DNA of 64,000 bases from assembly GCF_963921235.1 (NCBI RefSeq), contig NC_086097.1, forward strand, positions 12,028,001-12,092,000. Reading direction: 5' to 3'. Below the pieces are notes generated by a model. That model did no database searches. It was not told the origin of the DNA and worked only from the letters and a program-made list of their open reading frames with translations. Within the stretch, counting starts at the first letter, position 1; each line of letters opens with the position of its first letter. Made by a program: the position numbers and the translations under genes. The DNA is from Mobula hypostoma (taxonomy: Eukaryota). This document shows, piece after piece, positions 11,985 to 23,600 of this stretch.

Positions 11985-12180
11985 TTCATTAATGTGTTGG
12001 ACCCAGGATAGGCCCTCTGAGATGTTGACACACAGGAATTTGAAGCTGTTCACTCTTTTTTCCACTGACTCCTCAATGAGGACTGGAATGTGTTCTCGCG
12101 ACTTCATCTTCCTGAAGACCACAATCAATTTCTTGATCTTGCTAATGTTGAATCAAAGTTGTTGCTGCAACACCACTTAA
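11985..12180 (-). mobile_element. Rex1/Babar-type fragment
   Basis: MIVVFRK...V.RVNSFKFL.VNISE.LSW motif. Confidence 0.7.
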
Positions 12181-12204
12181 CTACTGTTGCTCATCCATCT
12201 CATT

Positions 12205-12580
12205 GGGCAGCCTCCTGTACATCAGTGAGACCTGACAAATATTGGGATCATCTTGTTGAGCACTTTTGCTCCATCAAGCAGAATCTCCCAGTGGCCACTA
12301 TTTCAAGTCCATCTCATTCCAATATGTCAGTGCATCGTCTCAACTACTGCCAAGGTGAGACCTCTCTCAGACTGGAGGAGCAACACTTCATATTCTATTT
12401 TGGTAGCCTCCAACTTGATGGCATGAACATCAATTTCTCTAACTTCTGTTAATTTCTCCTCCCTCCCCCTTCTCTTTTCTTCTATTCCCCATTCTGTCTC
12501 CTTGCTAATCTCTTCTCCTTACCTGCCCATCATCTCTCTCTGGTCTTCCTCCTCCTTCCCCTTCTTTGTTGGTCAACTCA
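12205..12580 (+). pseudogene. Penelope-like element GIY-YIG endonuclease C-terminus and pyrimidine-rich 3'UTR
   Basis: LLYISET (YIG motif, from 12212), then ..LVEH...LPVA...SHS.MSV...RLEEQH.IF..GSLQ.DGMNI.FSNF*. Confidence 0.8.
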
Positions 12581-12588
12581 TATCAAGT

Positions 12589-12840
12589 GGGAGGAGAAGG
12601 TGGCGGTGTGATGCAGCTCACAGCGGCCACTCCGGTGGTGAGGTCTGTTATCTGTCAAGTAGGGTGCCGTGCACAATCCTGATTTGATGGAGACAGACGT
12701 GAGAGCACAGAGGAACATCTGGTGAAACTTCTGAAATGCCTACTTAGCTGCTGTTGCTACTGTGTGGTCCAGAATCTCCGGAGGGGAAGGCCCTGAGTCC
12801 TGGGCTTTGCTTGTTGCTCAGTGGCCAGGACGGAGACGGA
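12589..12840 (+). mobile_element. 5' part of family Y element
   Basis: ggaggagaaggtggcg... matches 60827-61070; joined directly to CR1 ORF2. Confidence 0.8.
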
Positions 12841-14498
12841 GTACTCAGTATTCACTAGGGAAAAGGATCTTGGAGATTGTAGGGATGACATACAGCGGAT
12901 TGAAAAGCTTGAATATGTAGACATTAAGAAAGAGGATGTGCTGGAGCTTCTGGAAAGCATCAAGTTGGATAAGTCTCCGGGTCCCGACGAGATGTGCCCC
13001 AGGCTACTGTGGGAGGCAAGGGAGGAGATTGCTGAGCCTCTGGCAATGGGGACAGGAGAGGTTCCGGAGGATTGGAGGGTTGCAGATGTTGTTCCCTTAT
13101 TCAAGAAAAGGAGTAGAGATAGCCCAGGAAATTATACACCAGTGAGTCCTATTTCAGTGGTTGGTAAGTTGATGGAAAAGATCTTGAGGGGTAGGATTTA
13201 TGAACATTTGCAGAGGCATAATATGATTAGGAATAATCAGCATGGATTTGTCAAAGCAGGTCATGCCTTATGAGCCTGATTGAGTTTTTTGTGGATGTGA
13301 CTAAACATATTAATGAAGGTAGAGCAGTAGATGTAGTGTATATGGATTTCAGCAAGGCATTTGACAAGGTACCCATGCAAAGCTTATTGAGAAAGTAAGG
13401 AGCCATGGGGAATTTACTTTCTGGATCCAGAACTGGCTTGCCCACAGAAGGCAAAGAATGTTTGTAGACGTGTCATATTCTGCATGGCAGTCGGTGACCA
13501 GTGGTGTGCCTCAAGGATCTGTTCTGGGACCCCTTCTCTTCGTGATTTTTAGAAATGACCTGGATGAGGAAGTAGAGGGATGGGTTAGTAAATTTGCTGA
13601 TGATGCAAAGGTTTGGGGTGTTGTGGATACTGTGGAGGGCTGTCATAGGTTACAGCAGTACATTGATAGGATGCAAAACTGGGCTGAGAAGTGGCAGATG
13701 GAGTTCAACCCAGATAAGTGTGAGGTGGTTCATTTTGGTGGGTCAAATATGATGGCAGAATATAGTATTAATGGTAAGACTCCTGACAGTTTGGAGGATC
13801 AGAGGGATCTTGGGGTCTGAGTCCACAGGACACTCAAAGCTGCTGCGCAGGTCGAGTATGTGATTAAGAAGGTATACAGATTATTGGCCTTCATCCACCG
13901 TGGGATTGAGGTCAAGAGCTGAGAAGCAATATTACAGCCATATAGGACCCTGATCAGACCCCACTTGGAGTACTGTGCTCAGTTCTGGTCACTTCACTAC
14001 AGGAAGGATGTGGAAAGTATAGAAAGGGTGCAGAGGAAACTTACAAGGATGTTGCCTGGATTGGGGAGAATGTCTTTTGAGAATAGGTTGAGCGAACTCA
14101 GCCTTTTCTCCTTGGAGCAACAGAGGATGAGAGGTGACCTGATAGAGGTGTATAAAATGATGTGAGGTATTGATCGTGTGGATAGTCAAATGCTTTTCCC
14201 CAGGGCTGAAATGGTTAACATGAGAGGGCATAGTTTTAAAGTGCTGGGGAGTATGTACAGAAGGGATGTCAGGGGTGGGTTTTTTTATGCAGAGAGTGGT
14301 GAGTGTGTGGAATAGGCTGCCAGCGATCATGGTGGAGGTGGATACGACAGGGTCTTTTAAGATAGGTACATGGAGCTTAGAAAAATAGAGGGCTATGGGT
14401 AACCCTAGGTAATTTCAAAGTAAGTACGTGTTCGGCACAGCATTGTGGGCCAGAGGGCCTGTATTGTGTTGTAGGTTTTCTTTGCTTCTCTGTTTCTA
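12841..14498 (+). mobile_element. 5'-truncated CR1 LINE (RT domain to 3' tail), frameshifted
   Basis: [46 protein letters not shown]...KFADDAK; LEYCAQFWS. Confidence 0.95.
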
Positions 14499-14764
14499 TT
14501 GTATTTCTTTGTTTTACTATGAATGCCCATAAAAAAATAATCTCAGGGTAGTATATGGAGACGTGTACATATGTACTTTAATAATAAATTTACTCTGAGC
14601 TACTCTACATTTTTCTGCGTAATTATCTGCAGCTGCGGAATTGCCTCGCTTTTCCTCTCTGCCCCTCTCCCTCCTTTTAAGATTCATATTCATGCATGTG
14701 TCTTTGGCAACACTTCGGTGATTTGTCCTGTTATCGTCAAACGTTTCAGTGTCACAATTGTGAA

Positions 14765-15040
14765 TTATTTATTTAGAAATACAGCACAGTAACAGGCCCT
14801 TCTGGGGCAACAAACTTGTCTGCAAGGGGTTTGTACGTTCTCCCCGTGTCAGGATGGTTTTCCTCCGGGTGATCCGGTTTCCTCCCACTGATCATTGAAC
14901 ACTGTCCCATAGGTAGGCTAGGTATAATTCAGGGGACTGCTGGGTGGTGAGGGTTGAAGGGCTGGAACGTCCTACTCCACTCTGTATCTCAATAAATAAT
15001 ATTACTTATGCTAACAGCTATGCTACCACGCCACCCAAAT
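14765..15040. mobile_element. V-SINE pieces in opposite orientations
   Basis: Minus-strand tail (14765-14815) and head (15005-15040) flank a plus-strand V-domain and tail. Confidence 0.6.
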
Positions 15041-15094
15041 TACTGTGAACCGACCTGATACATTTGCTATGTTACTGAGGATATTTGCTTCTGG

Positions 15095-15225
15095 CTTTTT
15101 TCCCATTCCTCTCCACTCCTGACGAGTGTCTTGATCTGAAGCATTGACTGTATATTGCCCTCCATGGATGCTGCCTGACCTGCAGGGTTCCTCCAGCATT
15201 TTGTGCCTGTTGCTCCGGATTTGCG
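15095..15225 (+). mobile_element. Penelope-like terminal repeat, degenerate hammerhead
   Basis: cctgacgag...ctgaagcattgactg...gatgctgcctgacctgc...ctccagcattttgtg. Confidence 0.65.
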
Positions 15226-15844
15226 CTGTTACGTGTACTGCGGTAACACAGTATGTTGGTGTTACTTACAGATCATCATGTACAAGAGAATCACACAGAG
15301 GATTTTTTTTTTGCTCTGCTGCTGCTCATTGAAAAATTCTCAAATTAAAAAGATGTAAAATGCAATGGTTTGAAGACGTCCAAGTTCAGGCATTTACTGA
15401 ATTAGCCCAAATTAGTCTGATCAAGAGCACTTTGATTTTTGGAATTTTGATCCACATTCATTCTAATATAAATACATGTGCCAGGCTTCTGAAAACACTT
15501 TATTAATCTAAATCCCCAAGTGTGACCTCTGATCTGGAGGTTGGAGGCCTTGGTAGTGAATATCCCGAGATCCCAAGTCATTTGTACAATCTGGCTGACC
15601 TTTTTGACTTCAATTATTACAGCTGTGGAATCGTCTGCTGGGAAAGTCAGTGATGGGGCTTATCTGGTCCATGATAATTCATTTTTAATAAAATCACAGG
15701 GAATGCAGGGAGATGAAATTAAAGGCGTTTTTCACCATGTTCTCAGTGTGATAACTAGCCACATTGGCTACATGTGCTAAAGTCTTTATCCTAAAGAAAT
15801 TTAAATCTTCTCTTCGACAGGAGTTCAGTGAGATCCTCTCTCGC

Positions 15845-16092
15845 TGCTCCCCCTTTGTGACCTCTGCTGCCCTCTGACCCTCTGGTTACCTGCCAGCTTG
15901 TACTCCTTCCCCTCCCCCCAATCTACTACTTCTTGCTTCCTCCTCCTTCCTTCCCCAACCTGAAGAAGGGTCTTGGCCTGGGATGTCGAGTGTCTATTCT
16001 CCGCTGTAGATGCTGTCCGCCCTGCTGAGTTACTCCAGCATTTTGTGTGTGTTGCTCTGGATTTCCAGCACCCACAGAATCTCTTGAGTTTA
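15845..16092 (+). mobile_element. Penelope-like 3'UTR and terminal repeat
   Basis: Pyrimidine tract, then cctgaagaagggtcttggcc...gatgtcgagtg. Confidence 0.7.
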
Positions 16093-16112
16093 TGCTATGC
16101 AGCGTCTAAGTC

Positions 16113-16365
16113 TGTTATATTTTATATCTTCAAGACATTAAACTAGTTCAAAGAAACTCATGGGAGTCCCGAAATATGGAATGTAATCCGAGTTTGCTTT
16201 AAGCAAGGCTCGTGCATATCAAGTGGTGGTATGATGACATATGTAATTAACCTATTTTTACATATAACCTGTAATTAATTATTTAAATGAATAAGAATGC
16301 TTAATCAAACAATATATGTCTATACAAGATTACTCAAATGCACTTGAAATATTAAATACACAACA
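16113..16365 (-). mobile_element. Uninterrupted solo LTR (253 bp)
   Basis: TGTTATA...CACAACA; flanks aagtc/aactc; homologous to 2096-2658. Confidence 0.8.
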
Positions 16366-16650
16366 AACTCCTCTTTCCCAGCACTCCATTCTGAAATGGA
16401 TAACAAGGCCCAATTTTGCTTTGCAGGGTGGATGCCTGCTGTAACTCTGCAGAAGCTTGAACCCTGGAACGACATATTCTGGAAACATCTCTTTTAGAAG
16501 ATCTGCAATGCTTCTAGAACATGCTATGCCATCGTCTTCTCAATGACATCAGGTTTGAATGAAAAACATTTGCTAATGAAAAGAAACTCCTTTTGAGAGG
16601 TTGCCACCCAGCCCTCTGTTACCTCAGGGTGGAGAATGCATTCCTCTCTG

Positions 16651-16720
16651 TCGTCGTGGCTATCCCTCGAGGTCGAAGATGATGGTCTTCGTTCTGTTGA
16701 TCTACTTATGGGCTCTCATT
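16651..16720 (-). mobile_element. RTE-type LINE extreme 3' end
   Basis: Reverse strand ends atcatcttcgacctcgagggatagcc(acg)n; approximate TSD attcctctctgt/attgctctctgt. Confidence 0.55.
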
Positions 16721-17199
16721 GATTGCTCTCTGTACCAATGAAGTGAATTGATGATGATTTGGAGGGATAGAGACCACGTGCCGTTTAAATTTGCATCGTG
16801 AATCGGAGAGATGGACCAGAGAGAATCCGGATTGAAGCTTGAAGGGTGATCAGAGGTCTGGATTGGAGCCCGATGGCTGGAAGCTGAGCCTTTGGATCTC
16901 TGTGAGCCCTCTAGGGTAATCAGGGCCCAATGTTCTCAAATCGCTGTGAGACTGCTCGGGAAATCAGCGCCCAGTGTCCACAAGTCTCGGTGAGCCTGCT
17001 GGGAATGTTGGCACCATGAAGCCACGAGTCCTCTGGAGGCTGAAGAAGACTGCCTGTCCTGGGGTTAGAGGAGTGTGTACTCCTTGTGCATTGGTGGGTG
17101 GAAGAATGGAAGGGAGGAGGGAGTGAGGCTTGTTTCCCTGTTGTCTATTACGTTCAGGCTTGTTGTATTCTGTGTTGTTCTGCATGCTATGTTGGTGAC

Positions 17200-17490
17200 T
17201 CAGCTCCATCTTGGGCACTAACCTCCACAGTGTCCAGGACATCTTCAAAAAGGCAGCATCTACTCATTAAGGACCTTCACCATCCAGGTCATGCCCTCTT
17301 CTCATTGCCACCATCAGGATGGAGGTACAGGAGCCTGAAGGCACACACACTGGAACAGCTTCTTCCCCTTTGCCATCAAATTTCTGACAGGACATTGAAT
17401 TCATGAGCACTACCTCGCCACTTATTTTTGTTTCTGTTTCAGTGCACTATCTTTATAATTTAACTATTTAATGCACATACTTACTTACTA
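17200..17490 (+). mobile_element. Rex1/Babar-type fragment
   Basis: IKDLHHPGHALFSLPPSGWRYRSLKAH. Confidence 0.75.
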
Positions 17491-17494
17491 TGCT

Positions 17495-17625
17495 TTCTAA
17501 CTCTGATTCCTCATTTTTCCTTTCAGTCCTGATGAAGGGTCTCAGACTGAACAGTCAACAGTTTACTCTTTTCCATAGATGCTGTCTGGCCTGTTGAGTT
17601 CCACCCGAATTTTGTGAGGGTTGCT
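17495..17625 (+). mobile_element. Penelope-like terminal repeat
   Basis: cagtcctgatgaagggtctcag; GAAA box damaged. Confidence 0.7.
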
Positions 17626-17924
17626 TATTGTAATTCATGGGTTTTTTTTTTACTGCATTATTATGCATTGCATTGTACTGCTTGCCGCAAGGACAACAAA
17701 TTTCATGACCTAAATTGGTGATGTTAAACCTAATTCTGATTCTGAGCATGGTGGGTGTGAAATGTGTGGCAACACTTGCAGGCTGCCTCAGCAGAGCCTT
17801 GGTGGTTTGGTTGTTAACACAAATGACACAATCCGCTGTATGTTTCAGTATATGCATGACAAATAATCAGAATCTGAATCCGAACTGGCTTTTTCTGCCA
17901 AAGCTATAAAAAAGTATACACTTG

Positions 17925-18275
17925 GGTGGAGATGAAAGCAGTGGGGAAAATCTCCCTACTATCCTGGCCAATTCTTATCCCTCTTCCAGTGTCATTACCG
18001 TGGTAAGAAACATATCTGAAAGTACCATTGCATGATATTGGAACTGAATATGCACTGGTGAATACAACAGAAATCCAACTCTCTCGTGCACTCTCAGGGC
18101 TTGAAGACAAGTTTCTTTCCCTTATCAAGTCATTAATGCATTATTGCTTGTAGGGCCATGGTGCATGCCAAGTGACTGTTGTATTTTCAGTATTACTACA
18201 ATAACTGCACTAGAGAGATTGTTCCTTGGCTGCAAAGATTTTTGGACTGAGGTCCTGGAAGGAATTATATATTTT
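17925..18275 (+). mobile_element. Ancient Deu-domain SINE relic (AmnSINE1/SacSINE1-like)
   Basis: tcctggccaattcttatccctc and ttggctgcaaagatttttggactgaggtc resemble the remembered consensus; mutually similar to 51440 and 56065. Confidence 0.55.
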
Positions 18276-18614
18276 TTTTCTTTTTTTAAAGATCAGCTCT
18301 GAACAGTGCAGCCAGCATAGTCTGCTGCCCATCCCCAACGTACAGTGTTAGAAAAGCAAGGTATGACAATCACTGAAAATCTGAGATAAAGGCAGATAAA
18401 GCTGGAAACACACTGAACAGGTCATGTAGCAGAGCTTTCATGTGTGCGATAAAGAAATAAAACATAATAGAATAAAGAAAGATAAAGTGATTAATTTCAG
18501 CCATTCTCAAATGCTCAGTCAGATGTTTTAAAGAAAGGAAATTATTTTAATAAAGTCCAGGTAAAAAGGATAAGAAAACAGAAGGGGAGAAACAAGTCTG
18601 CTGGGCAGAAATTA

Positions 18615-19154
18615 CACTCAGTGGCCACTTTATTAGCTACCTCTTGCGCCTAATAAAGTAGACTCTGGGTGTATATTGGAAGTCTTCTGCTGCTGTAGTT
18701 GAGAGGTGCTCTTCTGCACTCCACTGTTGTACTGCATAGTTATTTGAGTTACTGTCGCCTTCCTGTCAGGATGATCCTACCTGGCCATTCTCCTCTGACT
18801 GCTCTCATTAACAGACATTTTCATCCGCAAATCTGGAGCTCAATGTGTGTTATTTTCTTTGTTTTTTGCACCATTTTCTGTAAAATCTACAGACTGTTTT
18901 GTGTGGAAAATCCCAGGAGATTAGTAGTTTCTGAGATACTCAAACCTCCCCATCTGGCACCAACAATCATTCTATGGTCAAAGTCACTCAGATCACATTT
19001 CTCCCCCATTCTGATGTTTGGTCTGCATAACAACTGAACCTCTTGGCCATGGGTGCATACTACATGTGTGGGGCTGCTGCCACCTGATTGGCTGATTAGA
19101 TATCTGCATTAATGAGCAGGTGTATAGGTGTACCCAATAAAATGGTCACAAGTG
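18615..19154 (-). mobile_element. Tc1-derived non-autonomous element
   Basis: TA flanks, TIR CACTCAGTGGCCACTTTATTAG; minus-strand ATG at 19009 gives MGEKCDLSDFDHRMIVGARWGGLSISET (Tc1 transposase N-terminus). Confidence 0.9.
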
Positions 19155-19734
19155 TAAATCATGTTGATGCCATTCAAGCAAGGTCATTGAGCTGAAAGGT
19201 TGACTCAGTTTCTGTTTCCACCGATGTTGCCTAAAATGGTGAGCAAGGCTGGTCAGTACATTTGCTCACTTGCAGTTTATTACCCACCCAAAATGCCTGA
19301 AAGATTTAAAAAAAAGTTGAAAAAGACAACAAAAATATATCCTAATTATGCTTACCTACTGGAGTAAATCACATTCAAACACACTTGTTAATTTGCCAGC
19401 TGGGGGCAGAATAACATTTGAAGTAAAACAAGCAGCAATTTGTTTTTGCCAAAAACAATTTTGTCAGGAAGGGATGCTGAGTTTCAAACTTGAGAAATCC
19501 TTTTTCCTGAGTGTCCATCAGCTTGAGGAGCTTGACTGTCATCAGGCTGCTTTTGGACAGTGTTCCCTCCCCAGCTACAGAAGTGCCACATTGAACATAC
19601 TTGGGTGACATTGGGGCTGTATAGAGTCCCGGAGAGGTACAGCGTGGAAACAGGTCCTGCAGGTCACCATCAACCACTCATTTACACTAGTTCTACACTA
19701 AACCTCTTTTATTCTCCATGCATCTCCATCAACT

Positions 19735-20262
19735 CTTCTATAGATGTACTGTGGAGAACATTCTGACAGGCTGCATCACGGACTGGTGTGGGGGGGTTTG
19801 GCTACTGCACAGGACCGAAAGAAGCTGCAGAGGGTTGTAAATTTAGTCGGCTCCATCTTGGGTACTAACCTACAAGGTACCCAGAACATCTTCAAGGAGT
19901 GGTGTCTCAGAAAGGCAGTGTCCATCGTTAAGGACCCCCAGCACCCAGGGCATGCCCTTTTCTCACTGTTACCATCAGGTAGGAGGTATAGAAGCCTGAA
20001 GGCACACACTCAGCGATTCAGAAACAGTTTCTTCCCCTCTGCCATCTGATTCCTAAATTGACATTGAACTCTTGGGCACTACCTCACTTTTTAAACATGA
20101 ATTATTTCTGTTTTTGCATGATTTTAATCTATTCAATATATGTATACTGTAATTGATCTACTTATTTTTTTTTTCTTCATCTTCTGTATTATGTGTTGCA
20201 CTGAATTGCTGTTGTTAACAAGTTTCAAGACACATGTCAGTGATAATAAACCCTATTCTGAC
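19735..20262 (+). mobile_element. Rex1/Babar-type 3' fragment
   Basis: DRKKLQRVV...IVKDPQHPGHALFSLLPSGRRYRSLKAHTQRFRNSFFPSAI; tail gataataaac. Confidence 0.8.
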
Positions 20263-20587
20263 TCAACCATCCACAAGGGGAACATGAATAAAAGAGCCGC
20301 TATTTTGTTTTCATATTTATGAATTCTTTAGTAAGCATGTCACTCAGTGTTTAAACTGTTTTTATTGGACCTTGGCTTGGTAATACTGACCAATAAAGTT
20401 GGGTTTGATATTACTTGGTTCAAGCCAACACTTCTCCACAGGGGTGCCACTTGTCCACGGTTCCCTGTTCAACTTGTTTGAAATTGAGCTGAAGGTGAGG
20501 CCTTCCGCTCTACTGCCAAACTCACTGATGAGTCAAATATACTGAAGAGTGGATCTTGTGAAGTGTATCAGCCTCTTAGCTTTACAG

Positions 20588-20666
20588 CAGAGTTTCCCAA
20601 ACATTTTTATGCCATGGACCCCTACCATTAACTGAGGGTCTGTGAACCCCAGGTTGGGAACCCCTG
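20588..20666. mobile_element. hAT-type MITE
   Basis: TIRs; perfect 8-bp TSD CTTTACAG (20580-20587, 20667-20674). Confidence 0.9.
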
Positions 20667-20689
20667 CTTTACAGCAAGGGTGGCAGATC

Positions 20690-20993
20690 AAATATTGAAA
20701 GATCCTGACAGAGTGGATATGTAGAAGATGTTTCCAATGGTGGGAGAGTCCAGGGCCAGAGGGATTAGTCTCAGAATGCAAGGCAATTCGTTGCCACAGA
20801 CGGCTGTGGAGGCCAAGTCATTTGGTATACTTAAAGTGGAGGTTGACAGTTTTTTATTAGAAATGGTGTCAGAGATTACAGGGAGAAGGCAGGAGAATGG
20901 GAGAGAAAATAAATCAGCCACAATCGAATGATGGAGCAGAATCAATAGACCGAATGGCCTAGATCTGCTCCTGTTGTTTAAGGTCTTATGGTT
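20690..20993 (+). mobile_element. CR1 3' end fragment
   Basis: MFPMVGESRARG...LPQTAVEAKS; CR1 tail. Confidence 0.85.
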
Positions 20994-22065
20994 TCACATA
21001 AAGAAGCTTGTCACCGTTTATTTGACTATTTCAAACCTAAGTAGTTAGTTTTTTTTGCATTTATTTTTTAAAATAAACTAAATTTACTTGAACAGCTTTT
21101 AAATGTCTGATTCTGAGTAACACTTAAACAGCAGACTGTACACCTTCAGGCTGTACGGATTTTCTGGTGACATGGATTCAACAATAGATCGCCTGAGGCC
21201 TGGTTGTAGCTGGCGGCCAGTTCTGTTGTGTAAACGGCTCTTGGGTATGGCGGATTAAATTGTCGGTTTCTCTGTGAGCGGAATGGGCTAATGTGAACAG
21301 GTGGCCACCAAGTTAAAGCGAAAAAATGGATCCAGGAAAATCTATTCTCGCATCTCAAATACAGTACATGATAAGGCGGTGTCAACATTGTAAATGTTTG
21401 TATTAACCGAACTTTTTTTGTTTAAGTGACAGTAAGTCATTCCTGAAAGATAAGCTAGTTTTAAAAGTTGTCTCAAAATTTATACAGTTGAAGAATTAAT
21501 TTTCAGATTTTTTAAATCTTTGGTTTTGATTAAGACTGGGAGAATTCTACCAAATTTGTCATGCTCAGAGCGATTAGTGAAGCACAAATGTGATTAGGAT
21601 CTCTGCTGTATAACAACGTGCACTCCTATATATGAACAAAGAAACTTTGCCGTGGCAACACCACCTTCTCAGAATAGCAAAAAAATTTGCAAAAAGATCC
21701 CAAATTATTCTTATTCAGTATTTCCTTTCTTCTAATTGAGCTCACTGTTAAGATAAAAGGATAATACTCTTTCTTATTTTGTGAATTGAAACTTTATAGC
21801 ACATTGAAGGAACTTCAACAAATTCGTAGTACACAGGTACTTTGGCTTTACATATTTCAATCAAATAAAAATCTTGAACTCTGTTATCATTACAATCTTT
21901 AAGGTAGGAAACCAAAAAAGTTATTTTATAAAAGGATCTTAAAAATGGTATTTGTTTAGGAACTCACCATCTCAATATAAAAATGGTCATGACTGTTGTG
22001 ACTGTGATCAAAGTCACCGGAAAGACACTAAGCTAAAGAATAGAAACATAGAAGTCTTTGGTCAT

Positions 22066-22328
22066 AACTACATAACACCTCATAGGCCTGATTTTATTCT
22101 CGCAATCAATGAATATGTTGTAAAAAAATCACTCCCTACTCTGTACATAGTTTTCTTCTTTTGATTGTTCTTTCTTTCCTCTTCTTTCTATAAGTGTATA
22201 CCTCAGATAAATATTATGTGGAGATTTGTGACAAATATGATGATATGATATATATGTACAGTATCTGAAATACATCTTATGGAAATATTTGTTTGATGAA
22301 ACTCAGTAAAAAATAAATTACAAAAAAA
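22066..22328 (+). mobile_element. Short L1/Tx1-type 3' end insertion with poly(A)
   Basis: AATAAA then A-tail; 14-bp TSD aagtctttggtcat (22052-22065, 22329-22342). Confidence 0.75.
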
Positions 22329-23339
22329 AAGTCTTTGGTCATCACGATAAGCAGGCATTCTTCTGGAGTTTCTCTTGATAAAGTCCCACAAACTCAACAG
22401 TACATCATGTTTTTATACGCTTAAGATCAAAGGTAACAGTAGGTGATTCAATACACTTTTCAATATACAATTGTTTAATTGTAATGTGTTGACAATGCTT
22501 CTTTTGAATTACATGTCAACTGGGACAAATAAATTGATATGGATAACCTAAAAACTTCTGAAGACAAAGAGCCAGGTGCCCAAAATTAGTATTGGTTTGA
22601 GATGTCTCTTTGAATACACAAAAAATCAGCTATTTGATGTGCTAAGTGATAGTATCAATTTGGTCTGCAAAATTCCTGGAACTGTTTAAAATAGTACAAA
22701 TTTCCTAAACCAGTATTGTTGCCAATATTGATGCAGACCAATTAACAGAACCCTTTTGTCTTGACTTTTGGCTCATGCATATGCAAACGTCTTGTGGTCA
22801 CTATTTTGCAAGCCATATCTCTTAGTCCATGAGCCAGTCTGTACTTTTAACTTTAGCTTGCTGCTTGCAATTTACAATTTGCATTAAGAAATGAAGATGG
22901 TTCCTGTTTAAATTAATATCTGCAATATTCACATAATTAACTCCAGAATACTCCCTAACAATGACTTCTAATTAGTATCTTGTTAATCTTGTAGATTAAT
23001 TTATTTTTCTTGCCAATGATGCTTCCATCTGCATTTTTCTTCCTTCCAGATACTGACTGCAGATTCTACATTCCTTGTTTACATGTCAAAAATTCTCATT
23101 ATCAAGACCTATAGTTGTTCTCAAACATTGAAATGGGTTTATATCATAGTCATGGAGAGAAGGGGGAGGGGGATGGAGGAGTAAGGAGGTTAGAGGGGAT
23201 ATGTAGAAGATGTAAATGGCTGAAGAAGAAGGAATCTGATTGGAGAACACAAAGTCTTCTCCCCCCCAAAAAAAAACAAAAGATGCTGAATAAATATTGC
23301 ATTTGTGAGTTACAAAGATGAGTTTCTGGAGTAACTTTG

Positions 23340-23600
23340 AGGTTAGCGTAGTGGTTACCACCACACTTTACAGTACCAGTGACCCGGGTTCAATTGCTGT
23401 CACTGCCAGTAAGGAGTCCGTACGTCTCCTTCTGCCACGTGGGTTTCCTCCAGGTGCTCCGGTTTTACCCCAGTCCAAAGATGTACCAGTTAGTAAGCTG
23501 GTCATTGTAAATTCTCTTATGAATAGTCGGAGGATTGCTGGTTCACGTGACTCAGAGGGCTGAAAGGGCTTCTTCTGCATTGTATCTCAATAAATAAGTT
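23340..23600 (+). mobile_element. V-SINE copy
   Basis: tagcgtagtggtta...ccgggttcaattg...gggtttcctccaggtgctccgg...caataaataa. Confidence 0.8.

Noticed and set aside
15263..15345. Minus-strand exon ending at a gtaagt donor
   Set aside because: No convincing acceptor and the peptide is unrecognised
19357..19400. Minus-strand 44-nt exon with good splice sites
   Set aside because: All three frames contain stops; only a non-coding exon is possible and nothing supports one
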